Shown here one piece after another: positions 27,176 to 38,479 of a DNA stretch of 58,368 nt (positions are counted from its first letter, which is position 1; each line of letters starts with the position of its first letter). The notes beneath the pieces were generated by a model. It saw only the letters and a program-made list of their open reading frames with translations, was not told the DNA's origin and ran no database searches. The stretch comes from a virus (Duplodnaviria > Caudoviricetes). The position numbers and the translations under genes are program-made. The stretch lies in the IMG/VR virus record IMGVR_UViG_3300030108_004301, positions 1 to 58,368 of that record. The stretch is one strand, 5' to 3'.

Positions 27176-28972
27176 ATGATTGGTATTGAAAATTTAGGTC
27201 GTTTTGAGGAACAACCACTAGTCCCAGAAACTGGTATTCACAATATTCGTAAAGCAGCCGATATGTTGGCTGATTTTGGTCGTAACGGAGATACATATAT
27301 AATACACGCTGCAGAAGGCGAAACTGTTGTTCCTATGGAAGTCTTTGAATCAAACCCTCGCCTTAAAAAAATGATTTTCAAACAAATAGAAGAATTAGGT
27401 CTAGAACCAGAGCGTTACATTGTAGGAAATAAATTAAATAGTATCAACCCTGTTACAGGAAAACCAGAATTTTTTGTTGGTAAACTATTTAGAGGTGTTA
27501 AAAAAGTATTCAAACCAGTTGTAAAAGCTATACAAACAGTCGCTCCAATCGCACTTCCTATTCTTGCTCCGATTGCATTACCTTTCCTTCCTTTACCCTT
27601 ATCGGCAGGAATAGGAGGTATGGTAGGAGGCCTTATAGCAGGACAAGATGCTGGTAGTGCTTTTAAATCTGGTTTATTAAGTGGTGGTTTAGCAGGATTA
27701 GGAAATATAGCTTTTGGTGGACCAAGTGGATTTGGTTCTGGTACTTTTTTTGGAAGTCGTTTAAATCCTACTGCTACTCTTGCTAGTTATTTTGCTCCTG
27801 GAGGATTAGGTTTTGCAGGACCTCCAACATCTATAACAAACCCTTTAAGTGGTGCTCTTGGTGGACCAACATCTCCAAGCAACCTTATTAGTAGAGCACA
27901 AAGTGGACTTCCTGGAGGATCGGCTTCAGGTTTTGTAGGTGGAGGGGATCCAATCGGCACAAACTTTGGTACAGGAACTACACCACTAGCTATGGCTTCT
28001 CGTGCTGCCCCGACTCCTATGGCAAGACCTCCAGTTCCAATAAATCTTTCTTCAGGACCAGTTTATACACCTCCAGTTACAGGAGTCATGGATGTTGTTC
28101 CCCCAACAGATTTTGGTACAGGAACTATTACACCATTAGCTATGTCCTCTCAATTACCAGTAACTCCTATGGCAAGACCTTCAGTTATACCTGATGCTGG
28201 AAATATAAATTATCAACAAATAGCTGGAATGGGCTCTCCACCAGCAAATTTAGTACAAACAAGTAATGTAGTACCACCAATGAGTAATGTGACATCACCA
28301 CCATCAGGAGGTGGCGGTATATTAGATACTTTAAAAGGTGGAGTAGATAAAACAAAACAATTTGTAGGTGGTGTTTATGATAAATACCTTTCACCAAACA
28401 GAGTTTCCATTCAACCTTCCGCTGCTGATATAAAAGCTGCTTATCAAAGTAAGTTAGCGGATTACGCATCAGCAGGAATAACATTAACACCAGCTGATCA
28501 AAAAGCACTTTATGATGCAACACAATCATCAATGCAACCTTCTTTCCTCCGTAGATATGCTCCTCTCGGTGCTGTAGGTTTAGGAACTATAGCCGCTGTC
28601 AGTGCTTTAAGTGATGACGAGGAAGACCAAGGACCATTAACAATGGCAGATTTACAAGAACAAACAGGACCAACAGGCACAGAGTTATATCAACAAAATC
28701 CAACACGCTATGGTTTTGATCAAGGTTTTTATGGTCGTAACCCTTATTACCAAGCTATTCGTTACACTCCTCCATATGTACAAGCAAAAGAGGGGGGCGA
28801 AATAGTTGGTCCAGGAACAGCTACAAGTGATTCAGTTCCTGCTTTATTAAGTGATGGTGAGTTTGTTATGACTGCTGGTGCTGTGCGTGGTGCTGGTGGT
28901 GGCAACCGTGCAGAAGGAGCACGAAGAATGTACGATATGATGAAACAATTTGAACAAAGAGTTACAACATGA
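27176..28972 (+). CDS. internal virion / DNA ejection protein
   Basis: GR.GDT...H and INP.TG.PEF N-terminal motifs, hydrophobic Gly-rich segment, C-terminal GPGT.TSDS.PA.LSDGEFV. Confidence 0.7.
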   Translation: MIGIENLGRFEEQPLVPETGIHNIRKAADMLADFGRNGDTYIIHAAEGETVVPMEVFESNPRLKKMIFKQIEELGLEPERYIVGNKLNSINPVTGKPEFFVGKLFRGVKKVFKPVVKAIQTVAPIALPILAPIALPFLPLPLSAGIGGMVGGLIAGQDAGSAFKSGLLSGGLAGLGNIAFGGPSGFGSGTFFGSRLNPTATLASYFAPGGLGFAGPPTSITNPLSGALGGPTSPSNLISRAQSGLPGGSASGFVGGGDPIGTNFGTGTTPLAMASRAAPTPMARPPVPINLSSGPVYTPPVTGVMDVVPPTDFGTGTITPLAMSSQLPVTPMARPSVIPDAGNINYQQIAGMGSPPANLVQTSNVVPPMSNVTSPPSGGGGILDTLKGGVDKTKQFVGGVYDKYLSPNRVSIQPSAADIKAAYQSKLADYASAGITLTPADQKALYDATQSSMQPSFLRRYAPLGAVGLGTIAAVSALSDDEEDQGPLTMADLQEQTGPTGTELYQQNPTRYGFDQGFYGRNPYYQAIRYTPPYVQAKEGGEIVGPGTATSDSVPALLSDGEFVMTAGAVRGAGGGNRAEGARRMYDMMKQFEQRVTT

Positions 28973-29946
28973 GCACACAAACGGTAATACAAAGAGAAGC
29001 ACCAGATATTGAAGCCCTTAAAATAGGGTTAATGGAACAAGCAAAATCTCTTACAGGAACAGAACCAGAAGGAGGATTGCCAAATATACAAGTAGCAGGA
29101 GCTGACCCTTTACAAACAGCGGCTTCTGAATTAGCGGCTACAGGGATCGGGGCTTATCAACCTTTCCTTACTGCTGGTCAATCAGCTTTATCAAGTGGGA
29201 TAGGCGTGTTAGCAGCAGGACAACCATTAGCACAGGCATATACAACAGGACAACAAGTTGTTCCTGGATTTACTGCTGGTACATATGATCCTACTTCTGT
29301 TACAAATTTTATGAACCCTTATCAGGCACAAGTTACTGATGCAGCATTAGAACAACTACAAAATAGGTTGAATGCTCAAGCTATACAAGCAGGAGCATTT
29401 GGTGGAGATCGTAGCGAACTTTTTAGTAGGGATGCTTTAGCGAGAGCAGCGTTAGAAGATTATGCTCGTAATTACGAACAAGCTCAACAAGCATCTATGA
29501 CAGCATTTGAAAACCAACAAAGAAGATCACAAGAGGCATTTGAGCAACAACAAAGAAGACAACTAGAAACAGGAAGATTGGTCGGTGCGTTAGGAACAGA
29601 AGGAGCAAGAACATTGGGCGATTTGGGTATTAGACAAGCTGGTATAGGAGAACTGGCTACAAACTTAGGACAACAAGATGTTGATACATTGGCAAGACAA
29701 GGTTTAACAAATAGACAAATATCGCAATCTATTTTAGATGCACAAAGGCAAAGTGACCTTCAACAAATATATGAACCTTACCAAAGATTAGGTTTTTATA
29801 GTGATATATTGAGAGGTGCTCCTACAACACAACAAACATTAACTGCGAGTACTTCACCTCAACCTAGCTTATTAAACCAGATAGTCGGTACTGGTATTGC
29901 TGGGTTAGGTTTATATGGACAAGCAAAGACAGCGGGGATAGTATGA
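28969..29946 (+). CDS. internal virion / pilot-like ejection protein
   Basis: Gln/Ala-rich; FMNPY, AGAFGG.R and EPYQRL.F motifs. Confidence 0.7.
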   Translation: MSTQTVIQREAPDIEALKIGLMEQAKSLTGTEPEGGLPNIQVAGADPLQTAASELAATGIGAYQPFLTAGQSALSSGIGVLAAGQPLAQAYTTGQQVVPGFTAGTYDPTSVTNFMNPYQAQVTDAALEQLQNRLNAQAIQAGAFGGDRSELFSRDALARAALEDYARNYEQAQQASMTAFENQQRRSQEAFEQQQRRQLETGRLVGALGTEGARTLGDLGIRQAGIGELATNLGQQDVDTLARQGLTNRQISQSILDAQRQSDLQQIYEPYQRLGFYSDILRGAPTTQQTLTASTSPQPSLLNQIVGTGIAGLGLYGQAKTAGIV

Positions 29947-32582
29947 TACCACCAGTAATGAATAGACCAATGTTTAATCAAGCACAACCACAGTTACAAG
30001 CACCACAAATGAGTATGAACCCACAAGCACAGGCACAAGTACAGATGGCTGAAAAACAGGCTTCTGCACAAGCATTAGCTGGAATGGCACAAGGTATTGA
30101 AGACCTTAACCAACAACTTGAAAACGCTGAAAACTATACTGGTGTTATGGACGCATTAAGAGGTAATACTGCATCTGTAAAAGAAAGAAGAGGTGAACTT
30201 GCTCAATTAGTTGGTGACAAAGATGCAAACAAAACGCCTGAATCAGTATTAACTTTGGTTCAACCAACGATGATGTTTTTAGAAGTTGCTGAAGGTGCTC
30301 AACAAAATGCTCCAGGAGGGATCAGTAACCTCCCCGTACAACCTTCTGGAGCACAACAAACAATGCCGTCTGGAGGTGGCGGTATAACAAATTTTTTCGC
30401 AGGAGTTAGGTCTCCAGGAACTCAAGAAGCTGTAGCTAGAATGGAACAAGGCGAACAGCCAGTAAAAAGATTTGAGGGTAGTCCACAGCAAGGGGAAATT
30501 GTAACGACCTTGTCTCCTTTACAACTACAAACAGTAACACCACAGGATATATTTGCACAGTATCCAGCCGCTCAACAATTTATAACTGCACCTGTTGCTC
30601 CTGGACCATTTGAAGAATATTTAGGTAAAGCTAAAAGTTCAATCGGTTCTTTCATTCCACAAGCAAGATCTACAACAGATATTCTAAAAGAGTACCAAAC
30701 AACATTAGGTGATCCTACTAAAGATTTAGCTAAGTCTAGTTTTTATGGTGGTTTAACAAAATTTGGAGCTCAATTAGCCCAAAAACCAGGAGGCGTTTTT
30801 GCTGGTGGTGCAGAGGCTCTTACAGATGTTGCTCCAGGAATTAGTGAAGATTTTACTAAAGTTACTCAAGCAAAAACAAAACAAGACCAAGCAATGAAAC
30901 TAGCCGCACTACGACAATCTGAGGCTGAAAAAAAGGCTTTTGACCAAAATATGTTTAGTCTTGCTTCTAATGTTTATAATAATCATATGAAACTACAAAC
31001 AGACTTTACACAAAACTACAAAGATTACCAAAAACAAATTTTTCAAGCGGCTCAAGGTCTTGCAGTAAATCAGCAAAAAGTAGCTAATGATGTGGCTCAA
31101 GCTACTTACAACATGAAACAAAAATTTGCAGGAAAAGAACCGAAGGCTTATGTAACTAAAGAAAGTTTAGCCAGTACAGATCCTAACACACCACTAGATC
31201 AAATCACAGTTCAAAGGGATATAAATACTGGTAACTTTGTTACTGAGGTTGCTCCTGGAAAATATGAAGTAGTAGATATGAGCAAATACACACCTATGAG
31301 TGAAGCTGTTGCAGCGACAGCAAAATTAAAAAGGGGAGATAAAACACAAGATGGTGTTATATTAGACAAGAGTACAGGAAGACCAAAACCCATAAAATAT
31401 ATTCTTAAAAAAGGTCAATTTTATATAATCGATAAAAGTGAAGCTGAAGGAGAAATAAATATGAGAACACCTGAAGCAAATGATAGGTTTACTCCCTCAC
31501 CTTATAAAGATGTTGTAGATATAAAAGAGGTAGGAAACCAAAGAATAATTACTTATAATTATGATGGAACACCGATTAGATATGCAGATATTATGGAAAT
31601 ACCTCAAAGAGATGCGAGAACAGGAGAAAATATTCTTGGTGATGATGGCTTACCGATTATGGTAAAACAAGGAACACCAGAATCTATGGTAACTTCAAGA
31701 TTAGACCAAAACGGTGAACCGATAAGAGGTGCTGACGGTAAGATAATTTATGAACCATTATTCAAACAATCAGTTACTGATGAAACTCCTTTTGTACAAA
31801 GAACAGAAATTCCTGTTTTAATGAATATGTCTGAAAAACAAGTACAAGCGAAACAAAAGGCTATAAGTGAAATAACTAGATTAGAAGGTTTAACAAAAGA
31901 ATTATTTCAACTTGGTTTAGAGGGAACTAACTATGGTTTCGTTGCTACAGTTGAAAATATCGTTAATAACAACCTTGAAGGTATTATGCCTAGTAGTTTG
32001 CAACTTTCTCAAACAAGAAGAGCATATATTGATAAGTTAGTAAAACAAATAAAAAGAACAGAAGTTATAACTCAGTTGGCTTCTGACAAAAACTCTGTAA
32101 CAGAGCAAACCTTAGTAATGAAAAACTTAGTAGGAGATGCTGATGGTTTATTTAAATCCCCTAGAGCAGAACTTATAGCATTACAAGAATATTTAAGGTT
32201 TGCTCAAAACAAAAAAAGACAACTCCAAGCAGAGTTAGATGGTAATACCTCATATCTAAGATTCACAAAAATACCAACTGGAGAAAAAGATAATCCATTT
32301 ACTTATGATAAAGATTCATTAAATTACATTAAAACATTGTTTCAAAACCCAGCAACCGTTAAAATAGCTCAAGATAAAGGATTATTTTTACAAGTGCCTA
32401 TAACAGCTTATCAAAGTTATGAAAAAAGAAATTTAGAAAATTTAAAATCTATACCTAATGTAGATCCTGCTCTTATAGCAAGATCAGAGGAAAAATTAAG
32501 AAGTTATCAACAAGATATACAACAAGGTATAGAATTTAAATTAGAAAACATATTAGATATTGAACAATTATTAGGACCATAA
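29943..32582 (+). CDS. large internal virion protein
   Basis: 879 aa in the ejection cluster; R.MF start and TPESVL.LVQP motif. Confidence 0.65.
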   Translation: MIPPVMNRPMFNQAQPQLQAPQMSMNPQAQAQVQMAEKQASAQALAGMAQGIEDLNQQLENAENYTGVMDALRGNTASVKERRGELAQLVGDKDANKTPESVLTLVQPTMMFLEVAEGAQQNAPGGISNLPVQPSGAQQTMPSGGGGITNFFAGVRSPGTQEAVARMEQGEQPVKRFEGSPQQGEIVTTLSPLQLQTVTPQDIFAQYPAAQQFITAPVAPGPFEEYLGKAKSSIGSFIPQARSTTDILKEYQTTLGDPTKDLAKSSFYGGLTKFGAQLAQKPGGVFAGGAEALTDVAPGISEDFTKVTQAKTKQDQAMKLAALRQSEAEKKAFDQNMFSLASNVYNNHMKLQTDFTQNYKDYQKQIFQAAQGLAVNQQKVANDVAQATYNMKQKFAGKEPKAYVTKESLASTDPNTPLDQITVQRDINTGNFVTEVAPGKYEVVDMSKYTPMSEAVAATAKLKRGDKTQDGVILDKSTGRPKPIKYILKKGQFYIIDKSEAEGEINMRTPEANDRFTPSPYKDVVDIKEVGNQRIITYNYDGTPIRYADIMEIPQRDARTGENILGDDGLPIMVKQGTPESMVTSRLDQNGEPIRGADGKIIYEPLFKQSVTDETPFVQRTEIPVLMNMSEKQVQAKQKAISEITRLEGLTKELFQLGLEGTNYGFVATVENIVNNNLEGIMPSSLQLSQTRRAYIDKLVKQIKRTEVITQLASDKNSVTEQTLVMKNLVGDADGLFKSPRAELIALQEYLRFAQNKKRQLQAELDGNTSYLRFTKIPTGEKDNPFTYDKDSLNYIKTLFQNPATVKIAQDKGLFLQVPITAYQSYEKRNLENLKSIPNVDPALIARSEEKLRSYQQDIQQGIEFKLENILDIEQLLGP

Positions 32583-35500
32583 TGTTTGACTTACCAACAG
32601 AAAAACGATCATTAGATCCCAACTTACCAATGCCAACGGGAAGTCCTATGGATACAGCTACTCAAGCAGACCCAGACTCTGCGGTTAAATTACAAACTCA
32701 AACTGTGTTGCAACCAGCTGACGAAAAACTTGGTTTAGGAGGATTCCAACGAACAATAAATCAATTAGCATACGGTGCTAATGAATATATTTTAGCTTTA
32801 CCTGATATGGTTATAAATGCTTTTTTGGATGCAAAAGGTTTAGCTACTGGTGACCCAGTAGAAAACAAAAACTTACTTACACGATTATTTAATTCTGGTG
32901 ATTACGAAACAGTAAGAACAATAATTCCTGGTGTATTAAATTTAGGTTTAGGTCAAAAGGTAGGACCTCAGGGAGCGATACAACAAGTTGCTCGCTCAGC
33001 AGGAGAAGGTTTAGGTATCGGTACTTTGTTTGGTGCAGGAACTATAGGAGCAACATCAGGGTTAGCCAGTCAAACAGGGAGTAAAGTAGTAAAAGATTTA
33101 ACTTCTGATATTCCCACACAGGGCGTAAAAAACACATCTATAAAATTACCTTTTAAAAAAGAAGCAATTGAAGTCCCAGGAACAGGTATTGTTTCAAAAT
33201 CTATAGTCGGTGATGCTATAAAAAATCCTGGAAGGGTTGCTGGTATAGAAGCTGGTTTTGGTACAGCATCAGGTGCGTTAATGGAAGTTGGTGGTGATAC
33301 AGCAGAGGTAGTAGGAGCACCAAGAGAAATAGGAGAAGTTATAGGAGCACTTTCTCCCATAGCAATAGTTGGTGGAGCGACTGCAACAGCAAATCTTGCA
33401 GGAAAAGCTGTTGAAGCGTCTCCTACTAGAAAAGTTATAGATTTTGCTAAAAAGGCAATAAGAGGTGGAGCAGATTATGCAAAAGGGAAAACTTCACCAG
33501 TATCAGAAATGACTCCTGAAAGCGTGGCTAAAAGTGAAACAAAAGAAATGAAACCAGTAAAAAAACAGGTAGGCGAGGCATTTGGTAAGGCATTTGAATC
33601 ACCAGCAGTTAGGGAAGAAGTAGCAAAAGCTGAAAAAGCTGAGCAGTTACTACAACCTTTTGCTGAAAAAGACATAATTTTTTCTCCTGGGGAACAAACA
33701 AAAGATAAAATTATTATGAAAACTGAAGAAAAAATTTTATCAAAAACAAAAGATGAAGACACTATCAGAGATAATGAAGCTAGAGTTCAAAATATAAAAA
33801 ACGCTGCAAATAAATTCATACAAGATAAATTTAGCACAAATATAAACGATACGCCTAATTATATTGTTGATGAACAATACAAAATAAACAACGGTATGAT
33901 TGAAACAAACAATGTAAAAATAAATGAAATCAATGATAAAATAGAAATGCTCAAAACTGATGGAGTAACCAAAGTAAATAATCAAGAAATTACCCTACCT
34001 AGAACAGAATCAAAAGCAGCTGAGGGTCTTCGTTTAAGGCAAAGTATAGTTAGAGCTCAAGAAGAAGCAGATAATAAAGTAAAAGCAAAAGCTGAAGAGT
34101 TAAGAATAAATACTGCTGATCCTTTACGAAAATCAGGATTAGAAGACATACAAGAAAACTTTAAACAAACTTTAGAAACAAAAACTGGTTTGACAGCAGT
34201 AAGTAACTCAAAAACAGTAAATGATTTTATCAATTATGATTTTAAGAAAAACGGTTTAAGTTTTCAGGATTGGAAAAAATTCAGGGAAGATGTGCAAACA
34301 GATTTAGCCAAAGCAGACGCAAGGTCTGACAAAAGACAAAAAAGAGATTTAGCTGCCTTGAAAAAAGTTTTAGATAATGAAATAGCACCTCTTTTTGGTC
34401 CAACTGCTAAAAACTTCGACAAATTTTTAAAATTTTATTTTGAAAATAAAATCCAACCTTTTAATAATGCTGTCGCTGTAAAAGTTTTACGACCAGATGT
34501 TGGTTTTACTAAGGAAACTCCTGTGTATAAAACAGCACCTGAGCATTTAATGAAAGAATTTGTTGAAAACACAGCCACAGCCCAACAATGGAAGAAAATT
34601 TTTGGAGGAATGGATAAAAATAGTGATGATTATAAGTCAGAATTGGAATTAATACGAAGAGCAATTAGTGATGAAATTAGGCAAAAATCTGGTTTAAGTT
34701 TAGAAAAAGGAACTTTTAAACCAGAACAAATACAAAAATACATAAACGATAAAGCGGATATGTTAAAAGAGTTTGGGTTGTTTGAAGAGTTTAACACGAC
34801 TTCAAAAGCTCTAAATAAAATGCAAGAAAGGCTTGTTTCCTTAAAAAACCGAAACAAAAGAATAAACACAAATTTAATGTATAGGAAAATAGCCTCAGCT
34901 TACAATAATGACAACCCAGAACAAGTTGTAGAAAGGGCTTTAACAAAAGATAAACTATTAGATAGATTAATAAAAGATGTAAAGAAAATTTCTATAAAAG
35001 AAGACAACCCAGAGTTGTTTAAAGAATTTCAAGGTGTTTTAGTTAATAAACTTTTAACACTATCAAAAACAGGAGCTGGAGCTCCAGGAGCTCCTTCAGG
35101 AACAATGGCAGGAGCAGACCCACAAAAGTTTTTAGCTTATTTAGTTGGTTATGAAAAACCATTAACTAAGGTTCTAGGAAAACAACATTATGATGATTTA
35201 TTAACAGTTGGTGATGCTTTTCTACGAGCAAATATTTACTCTGGTGTAAGGGGAAGAGGAAAAGAATTTGAAGGTTTTTTAAATAAGGTAGCTAGTGAAA
35301 TTGGAACAACCATACCTTCTATTTCAACGAGGTTGATTGCTATCGGCGAAAACAGAATTGGTGCTAAATCTTCTGCTGCTTGGTTTTTATCAAGAGCAAT
35401 TTCTAGCAGACAACAACAACTAATGGACAAACTGTATGAACAATCACTTTTTGATAAAAATTTAGCTAAACAATTAGCCAAACAGCACGGAAGTTTAACT

Positions 35501-35887
35501 GATGAAGCACTTGAGGCGGGTACAGCAACCATACCTAAAGATGACATTAATAGAATAAAAGGTTATTTATTCCAATTAGGTGTTCCAGGAGAATTGATAC
35601 CTTCTGGAGAAGGTGAAAAAAGTGAAAGAATTTTTGATCCATTAGGAGCCGCACCAACAGAAGATACTGGTGTACAAATAGCAAGAGCTCCCAACCCAAT
35701 GCCTCCTACTCCACCAGTTACACCTGATATGATACCACAAAGTAATGTGCCTGTTCGACCAATGGGACAATCTGGTATGGCTTCTGTAAAACCATCTGCA
35801 CAAGAACTATTTCCATTTGATCCTACTTCGGCAGCGATTGCGAGAAGAACTCCGCAACAAAGATCTGGAATAGCTTCGTTAGTGTAA
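32582..35887 (+). CDS. large internal virion protein
   Basis: 1101 aa, helical, last gene of the ejection cluster, with C-terminal LFP.D. Confidence 0.65.
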   Translation: MFDLPTEKRSLDPNLPMPTGSPMDTATQADPDSAVKLQTQTVLQPADEKLGLGGFQRTINQLAYGANEYILALPDMVINAFLDAKGLATGDPVENKNLLTRLFNSGDYETVRTIIPGVLNLGLGQKVGPQGAIQQVARSAGEGLGIGTLFGAGTIGATSGLASQTGSKVVKDLTSDIPTQGVKNTSIKLPFKKEAIEVPGTGIVSKSIVGDAIKNPGRVAGIEAGFGTASGALMEVGGDTAEVVGAPREIGEVIGALSPIAIVGGATATANLAGKAVEASPTRKVIDFAKKAIRGGADYAKGKTSPVSEMTPESVAKSETKEMKPVKKQVGEAFGKAFESPAVREEVAKAEKAEQLLQPFAEKDIIFSPGEQTKDKIIMKTEEKILSKTKDEDTIRDNEARVQNIKNAANKFIQDKFSTNINDTPNYIVDEQYKINNGMIETNNVKINEINDKIEMLKTDGVTKVNNQEITLPRTESKAAEGLRLRQSIVRAQEEADNKVKAKAEELRINTADPLRKSGLEDIQENFKQTLETKTGLTAVSNSKTVNDFINYDFKKNGLSFQDWKKFREDVQTDLAKADARSDKRQKRDLAALKKVLDNEIAPLFGPTAKNFDKFLKFYFENKIQPFNNAVAVKVLRPDVGFTKETPVYKTAPEHLMKEFVENTATAQQWKKIFGGMDKNSDDYKSELELIRRAISDEIRQKSGLSLEKGTFKPEQIQKYINDKADMLKEFGLFEEFNTTSKALNKMQERLVSLKNRNKRINTNLMYRKIASAYNNDNPEQVVERALTKDKLLDRLIKDVKKISIKEDNPELFKEFQGVLVNKLLTLSKTGAGAPGAPSGTMAGADPQKFLAYLVGYEKPLTKVLGKQHYDDLLTVGDAFLRANIYSGVRGRGKEFEGFLNKVASEIGTTIPSISTRLIAIGENRIGAKSSAAWFLSRAISSRQQQLMDKLYEQSLFDKNLAKQLAKQHGSLTDEALEAGTATIPKDDINRIKGYLFQLGVPGELIPSGEGEKSERIFDPLGAAPTEDTGVQIARAPNPMPPTPPVTPDMIPQSNVPVRPMGQSGMASVKPSAQELFPFDPTSAAIARRTPQQRSGIASLV

Positions 35888-35930
35888 TGATAAAAAAACT
35901 TACAAAACATCAAAATAAAAGGTTCGTAAA

Positions 35931-36371
35931 ATGGATCCTGTAACTGCATTAGGAGTAGCAACGACTGCGTTTAATACAATAAAGAAAGGATTCCAAATTG
36001 GTAAAGACGCACAATCAATGATGTCAGATGTTGGTAAGTGGATGTCCGCCATAGAAAGTGTTAAAAACCCTTCAAATAAAAAATCTAAAAAAATAGCTAA
36101 TGTGGAACAAGAGGCATTAGACCAGTTTGCTGCTAAGAAAAAAGCTGATGAAATGGAAAGGGAACTTAAAAATTATATTCTTGCAACATTTGGTGGAACT
36201 GCTTGGGATGAATTATTAAGAATACAAGGCCAGATAAGGAAACAAAGGAAACTACAAGAGGAATATGAGAGAAAACAAAGAGAAGATATAATCAATGCTA
36301 TTATTTTAGGGTTAGGAGTTTTAATAGGTGGTGGTGTTTTAATATGGATAGTATTGCTATATACGACGTAA
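35931..36371 (+). CDS. hypothetical membrane-anchored protein
   Basis: MDPVTAL..A..AF start, coiled coil and C-terminal TM helix. Confidence 0.75.
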   Translation: MDPVTALGVATTAFNTIKKGFQIGKDAQSMMSDVGKWMSAIESVKNPSNKKSKKIANVEQEALDQFAAKKKADEMERELKNYILATFGGTAWDELLRIQGQIRKQRKLQEEYERKQREDIINAIILGLGVLIGGGVLIWIVLLYTT

Positions 36372-36474
36372 GATATAAAAACGAATTACATAAAGAAAAA
36401 TTTCCCTCTCACAAAATTTTAGGGTATAAATGTCCAGTTGTTATTTGGAACGAAAAAGCAAAAAGATTATTTTA

Positions 36475-37923
36475 TTAAATAATCCACTCTTTATAACCCT
36501 CTGCTAATACCTGAGTACTTATATTTATTTTATCTCTTAATGCTTTTATAATTTTTTCATCAACAGTTTTTTCTACAACAATATCTACATAAGTAACTTT
36601 GTTTTCTTGTCCTATACGATGAGCTCTATCTTCACTTTGTAAACGCACCTCTAAATCATAACCATTACTATAATAAACAACAGTCTTTGCTTGGGTAAGG
36701 GTTAGTCCATATCCTCCTGTTCTAGGTTGTCCTACAAAAAACCTAAGTGGATTGTCAGGGTTTTGAAAACTAGAAACAATGGATTGTCTTTCTTCTGCAG
36801 GAGTGCCGCCATAAAAAAGTTCAACTGATTCTTTACCATATTTTTTAGATATTTCTTTTTGTATGGAAAGTATATCGTTTGTGAAGTTAGCCCAAATAAT
36901 CACTTTTCCATCTGTTTCTTCTAACAAAGACATAAGTTCAGGTAATTTATTTGTCGGTACTTTTACTTCTTCTCCTGTATCTAATTTAGCAAACCCAGAA
37001 CATATTTGTTGTAATCTAAGTATTTGTGTAAGAACAGTAGAAGTGCTAATCATACCCTCGTTTTCTGAGTTAGAAATAAAGGCTAACGCAGAACTTTTTA
37101 GTTGTTTATATAATGTGTTTTGTTCTGCAGTAAGTTCAACAGTTCTTTTAGTATATACTTTATCAGGTAAATCCAAACACTCTTCTTTTTTTACTCTGAA
37201 ACTAAAATCAGATATTATAGAATTTAATTCATCTAAATTTTGATAACCTATAATTTGGTTAAAAGAATGCGAACCCACACTTCTTCTTATTATTTTAGCA
37301 TATCTGTTTTGAAAAGTCCAAAAGGAAGAATGCCTTAAACACTTTGTATTTAAAAATTCACATTGGGTAAATAAGTCAAGTGGTGATTTTGTAACAGGCG
37401 ATCCTGTAAGTATCCTTCTGTATTCTGTATGTGCTGCAAGTTTTATAAGATTTTTTGTTCTAGTTGCTGTTCGTGATTTTATGGTTGTACTTTCATCTAC
37501 AGCGAGTAGTGATTTATTTGCTAATAAAAATTTCTGTGCGGCTGCTAAACCTTTCTTTGTAGATAAGGCCTCTACATTCATAAGAAATATTTTTAATTTG
37601 TCCATAGGTTCTAACAAAGATTTAAACTGTTTTAAATATTTTGCTGATTGGCTAGGTGACCATACAACTAAATGGGATTGTATGTGGTCGGGTAAATGTG
37701 TAGGTATTTCTTTTTGCTCCCAGTTTCTATACACACCTTTTGGTGCAATTATAAATGCTGAGCCTATTAACTTTTCATCATATAATATACTTATATTATC
37801 AATTAAAACCTTAGATTTACCAGTTCCCATATCCATAAAGTAAGCGAAATATTTTTGATAACAAGACTTTTCAAGTGCCTTTAACTGGTGTTCATAGGGT
37901 TTGAATTTAAAATTATATTTCAT
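36475..37923 (-). CDS. SNF2-family (SF2) helicase
   Basis: MDMGTGKS, VDES, LTGSP, GGYGLTL and QSEDRAHRIGQ motifs. Confidence 0.93.
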   Translation of the reverse strand: MKYNFKFKPYEHQLKALEKSCYQKYFAYFMDMGTGKSKVLIDNISILYDEKLIGSAFIIAPKGVYRNWEQKEIPTHLPDHIQSHLVVWSPSQSAKYLKQFKSLLEPMDKLKIFLMNVEALSTKKGLAAAQKFLLANKSLLAVDESTTIKSRTATRTKNLIKLAAHTEYRRILTGSPVTKSPLDLFTQCEFLNTKCLRHSSFWTFQNRYAKIIRRSVGSHSFNQIIGYQNLDELNSIISDFSFRVKKEECLDLPDKVYTKRTVELTAEQNTLYKQLKSSALAFISNSENEGMISTSTVLTQILRLQQICSGFAKLDTGEEVKVPTNKLPELMSLLEETDGKVIIWANFTNDILSIQKEISKKYGKESVELFYGGTPAEERQSIVSSFQNPDNPLRFFVGQPRTGGYGLTLTQAKTVVYYSNGYDLEVRLQSEDRAHRIGQENKVTYVDIVVEKTVDEKIIKALRDKINISTQVLAEGYKEWII

Positions 37924-38152
37924 ACCAAAAGTATATTATTTTAATTTAATCATTGACCACAAATAATTTGTCCGTGATATACTTTTTATTATACTAAATT
38001 AATTAAATTGTTTAAAAACTGTTTTTTAACAATTTAAAATATACGATATACAATATACAAAATTTCAGCTTCGCGAAACTATGTGATAAAATTTATTTAG
38101 TCTTGTTTAACGAAGTAGTGTATATTTAACAAACTGTAAGGAGGAGAAAGTC
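37924..38152. promoter_or_regulatory. AT-rich divergent intergenic control region (possible origin)
   Basis: Lies between the divergent helicase and the replication operon. TTGACC...GATATACT promoter-like elements; shares a motif block with 56951-57009. Confidence 0.45.
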
Positions 38153-38479
38153 ATGACAGTTTACATAGTTCAAGAAGTTAGGGGAAGGGATATAAGTAGT
38201 GCCAGTTCTTATGGTAATTTAGAAATACTCTTAACATCAGACCAAGTTATGGAAAACTACCCAGTAAAAGAAATGGGTATATTTCACAACAAACTTAAAA
38301 ACTTTAATGATAATGATTTTTTATTATTATCTGGTGATCCTGTTGCTATAGCGTTGGCATCTTGTATAGCAGCATCTAATAATAATGGAAGAATTAAGTT
38401 CCTTAGGTGGGACAGAAAAATGGAAACTTATTTTAAAATAGGTGCAAGAGTAGAGGAGGAACCACATGAGCGATTTTGA
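38153..38479 (+). CDS. hypothetical protein
   Basis: AGGAGGAG RBS; VY.VQE, D.LLLSGDP and L.WD motifs. Confidence 0.8.
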   Translation: MTVYIVQEVRGRDISSASSYGNLEILLTSDQVMENYPVKEMGIFHNKLKNFNDNDFLLLSGDPVAIALASCIAASNNNGRIKFLRWDRKMETYFKIGARVEEEPHERF

